Translations under genes and position numbers: made by a program
DNA from: Candidatus Poribacteria bacterium
Lineage (GTDB): Bacteria; Poribacteria; WGA-4E; WGA-3G
Assembly (NCBI GenBank): GCA_009841255.1
Contig: VXMD01000035.1
Coordinates: 4,453 to 68,452, forward strand
DNA length: 64,000 bases
Direction: 5' to 3'
Notes under the pieces: generated by a model
The model's database searches: none
The model's input: only the letters and a program-made list of their open reading frames with translations
Told to the model about the DNA's origin: nothing
Part shown: one piece after another, positions 48,122-57,706 of the stretch
How positions within the stretch are numbered: position 1 is the first letter of the stretch
How the letters are laid out: each line of letters opens with the position of its first letter

Positions 48122-48203
48122 GGTTAACAGTTGTTGGTTAACAGTTACAAGAGGGCTTTGTGAAACGGGTGCCTCTTAACTGTTAACTGTTAACTGTTAA
48201 CTG
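48122..48203. repeat. Long palindromic element with GTTAACAGTT and AACTGTTAAC tandem units (family member 3), lying between convergent genes
   Basis: GGTTAACAGTTGTTGGTTAACAGTTACAAGAGGG...CCTCTTAACTGTTAACTGTTAACTGTTAACTG. It is a likely bidirectional terminator or a REP/MITE-like element. Confidence 0.55.
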
Positions 48204-48211
48204 AGTACTCC

Positions 48212-48958
48212 CTAATACGTTGCTCTCCCACCGCTGACATCGTAGCACTGTCCTGTCACGAAACTCGCTTCATCTGATGCCAAGAAATTTACCACAGCCG
48301 CAACCTCCTCCGGTTTCCCGACACGTCCCAATGGAATCTTACTCACCATATAATCGACAGTTGACTGTGCCATACCGTCCAAAATCGGCGTTTGGATCAC
48401 CGCGGGCGATACCGCATTTACACGGATATTATAGTCCGTTACCTCTTTCGCAAGTGCTTTCGTTAGGGTGATGACACCTCCCTTAGACACCGAATAAGGA
48501 ATGAGCGTCGGATTGCCCTCTTTCCCAGCAATGGAGGCGATGTTCACAATCCTGCCGTAGTCCTGCGCAATCATCGGACGGATGACCGCTTTACAACAGA
48601 GGAAAACACCGGTGAGGTTTACGCCGATCACGGCATCCCAATCCGCCTCTTCTAAATCGGTGAGTGGGAGTGTCCGTCCCGCAATACCCGCATTGTTGAC
48701 GAGGATGTCAACACGACCAAAGGTGGATATAACCTTCTCAACAGCGGCATTAACATCATTGGACTGTGTAACATCGGCTTGAACGGGCATTGCACTGCCG
48801 CCAGTCCCTTCAATTTCCCCTGCCACAGATGCTGCCGCATCCATGTTCAAATCCAAGACAGCAACGTTTGCCCCAGCGTTCGCAAGCCTCATAGCGATCG
48901 CTTTGCCGATACCCTGTCCTGCGCCTGTCACAATCGCAATTTTATCCGTTAGATTCAT
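48212..48958 (-). CDS. Short-chain dehydrogenase/reductase (FabG-like)
   Basis: The motifs TGAGQGIGKAIA and NNAG are present, and the length is typical for an SDR. Confidence 0.9.
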   Translation of the reverse strand: MNLTDKIAIVTGAGQGIGKAIAMRLANAGANVAVLDLNMDAAASVAGEIEGTGGSAMPVQADVTQSNDVNAAVEKVISTFGRVDILVNNAGIAGRTLPLTDLEEADWDAVIGVNLTGVFLCCKAVIRPMIAQDYGRIVNIASIAGKEGNPTLIPYSVSKGGVITLTKALAKEVTDYNIRVNAVSPAVIQTPILDGMAQSTVDYMVSKIPLGRVGKPEEVAAVVNFLASDEASFVTGQCYDVSGGRATY

Positions 48959-49511
48959 TAAAATCCCTCCCTTTCAGAAAATCGTCTAATTCTATTCCAA
49001 AAGCATCCGCTATCCGGTTGACGTAACAGAAAAAGCCAACGACCTCCACAATAGCGAAGAGTGCTTCGTCAGTGAGTCCGTAACCGCGGAGGTGTTCCAA
49101 GTCCGCCTGTGTCACGGTAGATGCTTCCTTTGTCACTTTGACTGCAAATTCGAGAATCGCCTTTGTCGTTTCGTCAACATCAGCCCTCTGAAAATCCGTC
49201 ACAATCTGTGAAATCTGATCGTCTGTGAATTGATCCCGCAACTCATCGGCGTGCGCTATTATTCAGTAGTGACATTCGTTCACTTTTGATACAACGGTAG
49301 CGATCATTTCCCGTTGCATCCGACTCAGTGGGCAGTCCGGGTCGTGCATCACGATTTTGTAGAGTTCAACGAAGGCGCGCATGCTTTTCGGACGCACACT
49401 GAAAAGTTTGACGATATTGTAAAGCTGCCCCGCCCGTGCAATTGCCGCCTCATATTCTTCTTTCACGATGCCGGTAGCATCTGCCGCATCTACGGTTTGG
49501 ATCCATGCCAT
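48942..49511 (-). CDS. AhpD-like / carboxymuconolactone-decarboxylase-family peroxidase-related protein with an in-frame TGA (candidate selenocysteine) at 49263-49265
   Basis: The 82-aa and 99-aa ORFs in the track are in the same frame, separated only by one TGA. Translating through the TGA gives ...E(x11)C-H-Y-U-I-I-A-H..., which exactly matches the AhpD catalytic motif E(x)11CxxC(x)3H with Sec in place of the second Cys. The C-terminal half (TKAILEFAVKVT...LRGYGLTDEALFAIVEVVGFFCYVNRIADAFG) is the conserved CMD-domain tail. Confidence 0.55.
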
Positions 49512-49514
49512 ATT

Positions 49515-50744
49515 CTATTCTCCAATCACAACGCCGTATTCACCAACAACGGCGCCTTTGTGTCCGGTTTGGTAGTGTAGATGTCTTTCGCCAACAATCG
49601 GTTGTGTGCTTTGCACTTCAACCGTGCCACGCACTTTCCCCATTGCGCCTTCATCCATATCTACACAGCAGAGCGGTTTAATCTGGCGATGCACTTGCCG
49701 CTGGATATGTCCTTGTCGGTTTCGGACGATGACATTGACAAAGGCGTCTGCTTCCCCGACGTTAAGGAATCGGAACCAGTCCCAGGCACCCCCCGCAATT
49801 TCAGGGAAAAAGAGTCGGATGCCAATCTGTCCGCCCTCCACCGATGCACCGGGTAGATCGATAATGGCTGTCCCACTTTGCATGTGTCGTTCCGCGACAA
49901 CCGGTTGATTGCTCCGCACTTCTACGGAGGATTTCACTTTAATGTCATCCATAGGGGGTGTCCAACACTCAAAAGGCCTGAGTCGATCCCGTTTTTTTGT
50001 CCATGTCGATTCTGCGTTGTCATCTTTCCGTGCGATCATTGTTACTTCTGCATCTTCTCTTCCGACGTTAACAATCACAACCCAATCTTCCCATGCAGGA
50101 CCGACCTCCGGGAAAAAGAGCGTCCGGGGCGCATCCGCAATTACCTGTCCAAATTGCCCGACAGATGTCTTGCCGCCTTGATAGTGGAGATGGCGTTCCC
50201 CAACAATCGGTTGTGAACTTTGCATCTCAACTGTGCCTGTGACGTTACCCATAACCCTTTCATTGAGATCCCAACAACAGAGAGGTTCGATGACATGGTG
50301 TCGTTGCCTGAGCACATCGCCGTTCCTATTTCGGACGGTGATATTGACGTGTGCCTCCGCCTCACCGACATTTAGCACTCGAAACCAGTCGTGGGCACCA
50401 GAGACCAACTCCGGAAAGAAGAGTCTCTGTCCGACGGTTCCGTATTCTGGTGCCGCGCCAACAAAATCGAGCACATTCGTGTCCTTATGCATGTGCCGTT
50501 CTGCCACAATCGGTTGGTCCGCAGTGAACTGCATTGAGGAGTTCGTTTTAATTTCCTCAACGTCCGGTATCCAGGACTCAAAGGAACTTATTGTTTTCTC
50601 CGCAGACCAAGTAGGGTGCCCGTTGTCGGCATGCCTCGCGATTGCAGTCACACGGGTATCTTCAGTTCCTACGTTCGTGACTTGGACCCAGTCTTGCCAT
50701 TCGGGTCCCACCTCTGGGAAATAAAGGGTCGTTGCACCTGCCAT
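49515..50744 (-). CDS. Protein of four ~100-aa tandem repeats with conserved QPIV(G/A)ERH(L/M)H and PLCC(W/V)D motifs. The family is unknown.
   Basis: The internal repeats run LFFPE(L/V)..W.DWF..LNVGEA.A.VN..VRNR.G...RQ.H..I.PLCC.D......G.V.GTVE.QS.QPIVGERHLHYQ. There is no signal peptide. It is the first gene of an operon with the AhpD-like and SDR genes. Confidence 0.55.
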   Translation of the reverse strand: MAGATTLYFPEVGPEWQDWVQVTNVGTEDTRVTAIARHADNGHPTWSAEKTISSFESWIPDVEEIKTNSSMQFTADQPIVAERHMHKDTNVLDFVGAAPEYGTVGQRLFFPELVSGAHDWFRVLNVGEAEAHVNITVRNRNGDVLRQRHHVIEPLCCWDLNERVMGNVTGTVEMQSSQPIVGERHLHYQGGKTSVGQFGQVIADAPRTLFFPEVGPAWEDWVVIVNVGREDAEVTMIARKDDNAESTWTKKRDRLRPFECWTPPMDDIKVKSSVEVRSNQPVVAERHMQSGTAIIDLPGASVEGGQIGIRLFFPEIAGGAWDWFRFLNVGEADAFVNVIVRNRQGHIQRQVHRQIKPLCCVDMDEGAMGKVRGTVEVQSTQPIVGERHLHYQTGHKGAVVGEYGVVIGE

Positions 50745-50945
50745 TGCTGCCTCCTCTTTAAAGTCTTTTCTGTTACGATACGCACTCGCAAAGTGTAATT
50801 TAAGAATCTCGTATTGGAGATGACTGTTACTATTTTAACTTGCATATATTTATCTTTTCCACTACAATTTTGGTTCAATGCCATTTAGTCCACATCTATT
50901 AAATGGCGCTCGCAATTCTACTACACATCTTGAGGAGAATATTCT

Positions 50946-51233
50946 ATGGCAGCGAAGAAACTCTCAGACGCTGAAATTCAGGAAAACTTGGGACAGCTCA
51001 ACGGCTGGACTGTGGAAGACGGTAAGTTACACAAAGAATTCCAGTTTGATACCTTTGTTACGGCGTTCGGTTTTATGGCACAACTCGCCTTAATTGCTGA
51101 ATCGATGAACCACCATCCGGAATGGTTTAACGTCTATAACCGCGTGACGATTGACCTGATGACCCACGATGCGGGCGGCATCAGCGAGCTTGATTTCCAG
51201 TGGGCAAAGCACGCAGATGCGATAAGTGGTTAA
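50946..51233 (+). CDS. phhB: Pterin-4a-carbinolamine dehydratase
   Basis: The NHHPEW motif is present, and the length (95 aa) and overall pattern are typical. Confidence 0.8.
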   Translation: MAAKKLSDAEIQENLGQLNGWTVEDGKLHKEFQFDTFVTAFGFMAQLALIAESMNHHPEWFNVYNRVTIDLMTHDAGGISELDFQWAKHADAISG

Positions 51234-51281
51234 GCCGGTTTGCTATAGGCGGAAATGACCTAATAGGTACGGGAGAGACGC

Positions 51282-52229
51282 ATGGATAATACAAAAGTCT
51301 TGATTGGCAGTCGGCAAGAATCAGAAATTGAGGCGATGCTATCGGATGTTCCCCCAGGGGTTGAAGTTCGCTTTTTACCACACGGTGAATCCTTGCGTGA
51401 CCACATCGCTGATGTTCATATTTTATTTGGACACCTTAGCGAGGATGCGATGCAAGAAGCAATGGCATTGCGTTGGGTGCACCAACCCCATGCAGGGGTT
51501 GAAGGATTTATGTATCCCGCATTCAAAGCGAGCGAGGTCATACTCACCAACTGTCGAGGCTTGTATGGCACACAAATCGCCGAGCACGCCTTTGCCTTGC
51601 TTTTATCCATAACGCGTCGGATTCCCGATCAATTGGAATTTATGAAGACGAAGCATTGGGAACGCGTTTCGTGTGTTGAACTAGCAGGCATGACGATGGG
51701 GATTCTCGGACTCGGTGGCATCGGACGGGCGATCGCCGCACGCGCACAGGCGTTTGAATTTAATGTTATTGCGGCTGATGTAGAACCGATTGATAAACCC
51801 GATCTCGTCTCAGAACTTTACAGTTTAGAGGGATTGATGGCGTTCTTGGCGAAATCGAACATTGTCATGGTGTGTTGTCCAAGTACCCCCGAAACGCATA
51901 AACTCCTATCGGATGCGCAATTTAATCAGATGCCCGATGCGAGTTACCTCGTAAATGTCAGTCGTGGCAAGATTATTGACGAAACCGCATTGCTAACCGC
52001 ACTTCAGAACGGGAAATTAGCTGGGGCAGGACTGGATGTAACGTATACGGAACCCTGTCCACCGGAAAGCCCGTTGTGGGAGCAACAGAACGTGATTCTG
52101 ACCTCACACAGTGCGGGGTCCTCGCAGCACATCCGGAGACGTGCCATGCAACTTTTTATAGACAATCTACACCGTTACGTGAAAGGTGAGCCTTTAATCA
52201 ACGTCGTTGACAAGCAGAAGGGATATTAA
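51282..52229 (+). CDS. D-isomer-specific 2-hydroxyacid dehydrogenase family protein
   Basis: It has the NAD-binding motif GLGGIGRAIA and the catalytic R/E/H arrangement. Confidence 0.85.
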   Translation: MDNTKVLIGSRQESEIEAMLSDVPPGVEVRFLPHGESLRDHIADVHILFGHLSEDAMQEAMALRWVHQPHAGVEGFMYPAFKASEVILTNCRGLYGTQIAEHAFALLLSITRRIPDQLEFMKTKHWERVSCVELAGMTMGILGLGGIGRAIAARAQAFEFNVIAADVEPIDKPDLVSELYSLEGLMAFLAKSNIVMVCCPSTPETHKLLSDAQFNQMPDASYLVNVSRGKIIDETALLTALQNGKLAGAGLDVTYTEPCPPESPLWEQQNVILTSHSAGSSQHIRRRAMQLFIDNLHRYVKGEPLINVVDKQKGY

Positions 52230-52351
52230 ATTAGTCCAAGTTGCTATCTGATATGTCTTAAAGCGTTTAACCACAGATTTTTCGAGGAAAAGCATCTTCT
52301 CATACCCCATAGGGGTATTATATCTATAGAAAAACATAGAACGGAGGAAAA

Positions 52352-53425
52352 ATGAGCCAGAAAACGTATCGTGCCGCAGCAATCGGGCATACAGGTGCCG
52401 GCAACTTTGGGCATGGACTCCACACCCCATATAAAAATATAGAGAACGTTGAATTTATCGCTGTTTCGGATCCGAACGAAGAGGGTCGGGAAAAGGCAGC
52501 CGCGGAGGCAGGTGCCTTGCGAAGTTACGCCGATTATCGGGATATGCTTGAGAAAGAGGATCTTGATATTGTGAGCGTCTGTCCCCGTTGGACCTCAGAT
52601 CACGTTGCTATGATAACTGCGTGTCTTGAAGCAGGCTGCAGCGTCTACAGTGAGAAGCCGATGACGAGTACACTCGCCGATGGTGATATAATCGTTGAAA
52701 CAGCAAAAGCACACGGATTAAAGGTTGCTGTGGCGCACCAAGCGGTCTATCTACCGGCAACACATGCGATTAAAAAGATGCTCGACGACGGGAAAATCGG
52801 CACAATCCAAGCCATCCACGCTAGCGGTAAACAGGATCATCGCGGGGGTGGTGAGGATATGATTGTTCTCGGCACCCACACGTTTAATATGATGCGTTTC
52901 TTCGTCGGTGATGTCGCGTGGATGCAGTCCCACGTTACCACAAACGGAAAAGAAGTGGCGTCTGGTGGCGACCACGAACCGACGGAACCTGTTGGACCCG
53001 TCGCGGGTGATTGCATCAACAGTTACTTCGCTTTCAAAAGCGGTGTCTCTGGCTTTTTTGAATCCCGGAGAGATCAGGCTGGCTCCGGCAGATACGGCAT
53101 GGAGATTGTCGGTAGCGAAGGCATTTTCTCGCTCCGTGGTGATGTTGCAAACCGACTCATGGTCTATCCATATCCGGTACTGCTCCCTTCAAATCCGGGT
53201 CAGGAGTGGGAGGCAATCGACTTGGACCAGACACCTTTCTCCAGTGGAAATGAACTCGCCATTCGTGATCTGATTGATGCGATTGAGAACGACCGGAAAC
53301 CGATATCTGCAGCCGAAGACGCCGTCGCCGCCTTGGAAATGATCCTCGGTGCCTACGAATCTCAACTGTCAGGACAGCGGGTCTCCTTCCCAGTCGCAAA
53401 CCGTGAGCATCCTTTGAGCAGATAA
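52352..53425 (+). CDS. Gfo/Idh/MocA-family oxidoreductase
   Basis: The N-terminus AAIGHTGAGNFGHG is a Rossmann fold, and the EKP motif is present. Confidence 0.85.
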   Translation: MSQKTYRAAAIGHTGAGNFGHGLHTPYKNIENVEFIAVSDPNEEGREKAAAEAGALRSYADYRDMLEKEDLDIVSVCPRWTSDHVAMITACLEAGCSVYSEKPMTSTLADGDIIVETAKAHGLKVAVAHQAVYLPATHAIKKMLDDGKIGTIQAIHASGKQDHRGGGEDMIVLGTHTFNMMRFFVGDVAWMQSHVTTNGKEVASGGDHEPTEPVGPVAGDCINSYFAFKSGVSGFFESRRDQAGSGRYGMEIVGSEGIFSLRGDVANRLMVYPYPVLLPSNPGQEWEAIDLDQTPFSSGNELAIRDLIDAIENDRKPISAAEDAVAALEMILGAYESQLSGQRVSFPVANREHPLSR

Positions 53426-53440
53426 CGTGTGCCTCTTCGC

Positions 53441-53464
53441 TGGCGGGGTTTGTAACCCCGCCAA
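53441..53464. terminator. GGTTT-N-TAACC-type hairpin (TGGCGGGGTTTGTAACCCCGCCAA) between convergent genes
   Basis: It has a perfect 9-bp GC-rich stem. It is a variant of the hairpin-repeat family. Confidence 0.45.
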
Positions 53465-53471
53465 TACCTTC

Positions 53472-54194
53472 CTATACCGGTATTACCTTCCGAACACCAT
53501 TTTCATAACGCACCTGATAGTCGGAATCCGGTACATCCATTGCGCGGACAGCCAACTCACCGAACGTAATCAATGGCTCGGAAAGCAGAAGCAGTTCATC
53601 GAGTGATTCGGTCGGTGTCTTATCCGTTGTATCCAACACAATCTTACGTCCTTTTTGTGTAAACAGAGATCTGTCAATTTCCTCCTGAAAAAGGCGGTTG
53701 AGCGTTGGGATATCGGCTTCCTTGATAATCTGATATTCGTGTGGATCTGTTGCCATCCGTTCCTTAATCGCCTCATCGCTGGCGGTGACATGGATCATCA
53801 CGACATCTGGTAGGCGTGCTTCAATCACCTGTGTTTCGTAGCCGCGCTGTGCATTGATGTGATATTTCGAGTAGTATGGGCTTTCTGGGTCCTCTCCATA
53901 GAAGGATGAGTAAACAAGTTCCTCGATATGCCACCCTGCGATGAGAGTATTTGGATAGTTTCTAATCACTTCTACATGATACTGAAGCTGCATCCGCTGC
54001 ATCCGTTCCTTCACATCGTCTGGGAAATTTACATACGCCGCCCTCGATTCTGGACTGAGCGATGAGTCGGGGATAGTGAAGTGATCATCGACGTGGACGG
54101 TCAATTTCCGATGCCGATAATAGTCGGTCATCAGGTCTACCAGTGTCGATTTTCCAGCATATTCGATCCCCACAAAAATACATCTCATAAACAA
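53472..54194 (-). CDS. Hypothetical P-loop NTPase or kinase-like protein
   Basis: An N-terminal Walker A motif is present (GIEYAGKSTL). Confidence 0.45.
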   Translation of the reverse strand: MFMRCIFVGIEYAGKSTLVDLMTDYYRHRKLTVHVDDHFTIPDSSLSPESRAAYVNFPDDVKERMQRMQLQYHVEVIRNYPNTLIAGWHIEELVYSSFYGEDPESPYYSKYHINAQRGYETQVIEARLPDVVMIHVTASDEAIKERMATDPHEYQIIKEADIPTLNRLFQEEIDRSLFTQKGRKIVLDTTDKTPTESLDELLLLSEPLITFGELAVRAMDVPDSDYQVRYENGVRKVIPV

Positions 54195-54297
54195 TACCTC
54201 GCTATAGTTTCATAAATAGATAATCTTCTACATCTCCTGTCCTTGTACTTATCACGAAACAGAAAAAGTGTCAAAGATTATTCCTGTTGCTGATCCC

Positions 54298-54326
54298 TTG
54301 ACAATGGCACATCTGCAAGGTATAAT
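54298..54326 (+). promoter_or_regulatory. Consensus sigma70 promoter
   Basis: TTGACA-17 nt-TATAAT is a perfect consensus, 38 nt upstream of the 54364 start. AGGAG lies at 54352. Confidence 0.5.
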
Positions 54327-54363
54327 AATCATAACCTGGAGGATTTTAAGTTAGGAGATCCAC

Positions 54364-54666
54364 ATGACAAAAATTCAGACCGTCGAAATCTACGATTCAG
54401 AATACGAGACAACCTATACTGCCCACATCCAAAGAAACGGCGACGGATGGATAGGGTGGATACAGGAACATCCGAAAGTGAAATGTGAAGAGCACACGAA
54501 GGAAACTTTGCTGGAAACTCTTGAAAATACGCTTTATGAAACTTTAGAAGCCGACTGGGAAACTTGGGATAAGCAGATCGAGGAAGACATAAAATCCGGT
54601 AGATTTGATAGGCTTCGCGAGGAAACTCTTGAGGATTTACGGGCAGGTAGGTGCAAAGATTTATAA
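54364..54666 (+). CDS. HicB-like (UPF0150) antitoxin-type small protein with no adjacent HicA
   Basis: YDSEYETTYTAHIQRNGDGWIGWIQEHPKVKCEEHTKETLLETLENTL matches the HicB N-domain pattern. Confidence 0.4.
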   Translation: MTKIQTVEIYDSEYETTYTAHIQRNGDGWIGWIQEHPKVKCEEHTKETLLETLENTLYETLEADWETWDKQIEEDIKSGRFDRLREETLEDLRAGRCKDL

Positions 54667-54690
54667 AATTTACTTCACAGATTACATACC

Positions 54691-55683
54691 ATGATAACAA
54701 TCGGTAACCTCAACATTCCAAATTTCCCACTCTTGCTCGCACCGATGGAAGATGTAAGCGATCCACCGTTCCGTGCCGTCTGCAAAGAGAACGGGGCGGA
54801 TCTCATGTACACGGAATTCATCTCCTCCGAGGCACTCATCCGAGATGCCGCACCGAGTGTCGCAAAATTAGACATTTTTGAAGTCGAAAGACCGATTGGG
54901 ATCCAAATTTTTGGGCACAATATCGATTCCATGCGCGCTTCTATCGAAATCACGGAGAAGGTCCGACCCGATATCATTGACATTAACTATGGGTGTCCCG
55001 TTAAAAAGGTTACGTGTAAAGGCGCAGGTGCCGGTATCCTACAAGACATCCCCAAGATGGTGAAAATGACGGCAGAGATGGTGAAAGCCACGGATCTACC
55101 GGTAACCGTCAAAACGCGACTCGGCTGGGACGATAAAACGAAATACATCGTTGAAGTGGCGGAGCGGCTGCAGGATGTCGGGATCCGAGCGATTGCTATC
55201 CACGGCAGAACCCGGCGACAGATGTATAAAGGCGATGCCGATTGGACACTCATCGGTAGAATCAAAGACAACCCGCGTATGACGATCCCTGTCTTCGGCA
55301 ACGGTGACGTTGATAGTCCACAAAAAGCAGCGCAGATGCGGCGACAATACGGTGTTGATGGTATTATGATCGGGCGCGCTGCGATCGGTTACCCCTGGAT
55401 TTTCAATGAAATCAAACACTATTTCGCAACCGGCGAGTTACTCGCGTCCCCTTCAATAGATGAACGGATTGCCGTTTTTAGAAAGCACCTCGATTTCTCG
55501 ATCAAATGGAAAGGCTTAAAACTCGGTATCCTTGAGATGCGTAGGCATTATAGCAATTATTTTAGGGGCATCCCGCACGTTAAGCCCTTTCGCTATCGCC
55601 TCGTCACCTGCGATAGTTACGACGGTGTTTTAGACATTGTGTCGGAACTCCGAATGCATGCCCTAACGTTAGGTTTTTCATAA
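54691..55683 (+). CDS. dusB: tRNA-dihydrouridine synthase
   Basis: LLAPMEDVSDPPFR...INYGCP...K.R.G..D is the Dus-family TIM-barrel pattern. Confidence 0.85.
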   Translation: MITIGNLNIPNFPLLLAPMEDVSDPPFRAVCKENGADLMYTEFISSEALIRDAAPSVAKLDIFEVERPIGIQIFGHNIDSMRASIEITEKVRPDIIDINYGCPVKKVTCKGAGAGILQDIPKMVKMTAEMVKATDLPVTVKTRLGWDDKTKYIVEVAERLQDVGIRAIAIHGRTRRQMYKGDADWTLIGRIKDNPRMTIPVFGNGDVDSPQKAAQMRRQYGVDGIMIGRAAIGYPWIFNEIKHYFATGELLASPSIDERIAVFRKHLDFSIKWKGLKLGILEMRRHYSNYFRGIPHVKPFRYRLVTCDSYDGVLDIVSELRMHALTLGFS

Positions 55684-55802
55684 AAATAAGATTCAAAGGT
55701 CTCTCCTATACGGGATTCAGGGATACTCAAAAAACGCTTGACTTGAAAACCACATAATATTATCATATAGCCAAACTATATCTCCGCAGTAAAGGACCTC
55801 GA

Positions 55803-56627
55803 ATGGATAAAATACCCTTTATGAAACTCAGTGGTGCAGGCAATGACTTCGTCATCATCAATAATTTGGCGGGAATCGTTGATAGCACCGATACAGATTT
55901 TGTGCAAAAACTCTGCCAACGCCGTATGTCCGTCGGGGCTGATGGTGTGCTCCTCGTCGAAAAGGCAGATGACGTTGACTTTCGCATGCGCTACTTCAAT
56001 GCTGACGGCGGTGAGGTGGAAACGTGCGGGAACGGTGCACGATGTATCTCCAAATTCGCCTATCTGAATGGGCTCGTGTCCGAACAGATGCGATTTCTGA
56101 CGAACGCCGGGATTTATGAATCCGAAATAGTCGGTCAGAACGTTAAAGTACGTATGAGCGATCCTACGGACATCCGACTCAACGTGCCACTCCAATTGGC
56201 AGATGGAATGCACACGATCGGATTCGCGAATAGTGGCGTGCCGCACGTCGTCTTCTTCGTTGAGGATTTAGAAGGAACGGATGTCTTTGACTTGGGACAG
56301 CAGACGCGGTATCACAACGATTTCAAACCCGCTGGCACCAACGCCAATTTTATCCGAATTCAGTCCCCAGGGTTAATTGATATTCGGACCTATGAGCGCG
56401 GTGTTGAAGACGAAACGCTCGCTTGTGGCACCGGGTCAATCGCTTCTGCTATTGTTGCGGCGACGTTAGGAAAGGTCGTATCTCCGGTTGCCGTCAAAAC
56501 GGCGAGTGGGGTCGAATTGAAGATTCACTTCGATGTGGAGAACGGTGAAGCACAAAACGTCTATCTTGAAGGCGATGCTCGTGTGATCTATGTCGGTGAA
56601 CTCACAACAGACGCATGGAATTATTAG
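55803..56627 (+). CDS. dapF: Diaminopimelate epimerase
   Basis: FMKLSGAGNDFVIINNL and the two-Cys active-site context (ETCGNGARC, ACGTGS) are present. Confidence 0.9.
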   Translation: MDKIPFMKLSGAGNDFVIINNLAGIVDSTDTDFVQKLCQRRMSVGADGVLLVEKADDVDFRMRYFNADGGEVETCGNGARCISKFAYLNGLVSEQMRFLTNAGIYESEIVGQNVKVRMSDPTDIRLNVPLQLADGMHTIGFANSGVPHVVFFVEDLEGTDVFDLGQQTRYHNDFKPAGTNANFIRIQSPGLIDIRTYERGVEDETLACGTGSIASAIVAATLGKVVSPVAVKTASGVELKIHFDVENGEAQNVYLEGDARVIYVGELTTDAWNY

Positions 56628-56710
56628 AAAGTCATAGGCACATACCATCGTGCCGGAACCTAAAGTAAGAGGCACACGCCGTGTGCCGTAGACAGCAAGG
56701 AGAACTGTAC

Positions 56711-57586
56711 ATGTTTCAAGGCTCTTATGTTGCACTCGTCACACCGTTTAAGGACGATGAATCGCTTGACGAAGCGAAACTCAAGGAACTGATTCAATTT
56801 CAGCTTGACGGCGGTACACACGGCATCGTCCCGTGTGGCACAACAGGTGAATCCCCTGCGCTGTCTGAGGCTGAACATGATAGGGTGATAGAACTCACCG
56901 TTGAAACTGTGAATGGGAAAGTGCCTATTATCGCGGGTACAGGGTCCAACTCAACGACACGCACGTTGCGCGCAACAGAGCATGCCAAAGCTGCGGGCGC
57001 GGATGCGGCGCTGATTGTTACGCCCTATTACAACAAGCCTACGCAAGAAGGGTTGTATGCCCACTACATGAAAATCGCTGACACAGTGGACATCCCGATC
57101 GTCATCTACAACGTTCCGGGACGTTGTGGTACCGACATCCTTTCACCCACGATTGCCCGGCTGGCTGAACATCCAAACATCATCGCACTCAAGGAAGCGA
57201 CGGGTGAACTCAAACGCGCCAGTGAGGTTGTCGATTTATGTCCCGATGATTTCGTTGTGCTTTCGGGCGATGATGTGAACACACTGCCGATCATGGCTGT
57301 CGGCGGTAAAGGCGTGATTTCCGTTGTGGCGAACATCGCACCCGCAGATGTCGCCGAGATGTGCAATGCTTTCCACGCCGGGAATCTTGAACTGGCACGC
57401 AAACTCCACTACAAAACGTTGGCACTGGCAGTGGATCTCTTTATTGAGACGAACCCGATTCCTGCGAAAACCGCCCTCCAACTGATGGGCAAACTCAATG
57501 GGAAATTGCGGTTGCCGCTCGCACCGATGGAGCCCGCGAACCTTGAGTCCTTACGCAAGACGGTTTCGGAAGCGGGGTTGATTTAA
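56711..57586 (+). CDS. dapA: 4-hydroxy-tetrahydrodipicolinate synthase
   Basis: MFQGSYVALVTPF...GTTGES...YNVP is the DapA signature. The internal ATG is preferred over the 56681 start in the track. Confidence 0.9.
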   Translation: MFQGSYVALVTPFKDDESLDEAKLKELIQFQLDGGTHGIVPCGTTGESPALSEAEHDRVIELTVETVNGKVPIIAGTGSNSTTRTLRATEHAKAAGADAALIVTPYYNKPTQEGLYAHYMKIADTVDIPIVIYNVPGRCGTDILSPTIARLAEHPNIIALKEATGELKRASEVVDLCPDDFVVLSGDDVNTLPIMAVGGKGVISVVANIAPADVAEMCNAFHAGNLELARKLHYKTLALAVDLFIETNPIPAKTALQLMGKLNGKLRLPLAPMEPANLESLRKTVSEAGLI

Positions 57587-57613
57587 TCTGAAGTCCGAAT
57601 TCTCTCCAAGCCT

Positions 57614-57639
57614 GGTAGGCACGGTTTCCTAACCGTGCC
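57614..57639. repeat. Hairpin repeat GGTAGGCACGGTTTCCTAACCGTGCC, a member of the same family as the copies at 46690
   Basis: The stem is GGCACGGTT/AACCGTGCC. It lies immediately after the dapA stop. Confidence 0.55.
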
Positions 57640-57706
57640 GGGCATCTTAAAAAAATCGATATATTTATTTACGCTTCGTATAGGTTGTGCTATAAGGAGA
57701 CGGAAA

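Noticed and set aside
49263-49265. The TGA read as a plain stop (two separate genes) or as evidence of a UGA-recoded genome
   Set aside because: The downstream ORF has only a TTG start in the same frame and no RBS. The residues on both sides complete the CxxC(x)3H motif exactly. TGA functions as a stop at several ATGA junctions in the window, so genome-wide recoding is unlikely. Selenocysteine remains a hypothesis pending SECIS or sel-gene evidence.
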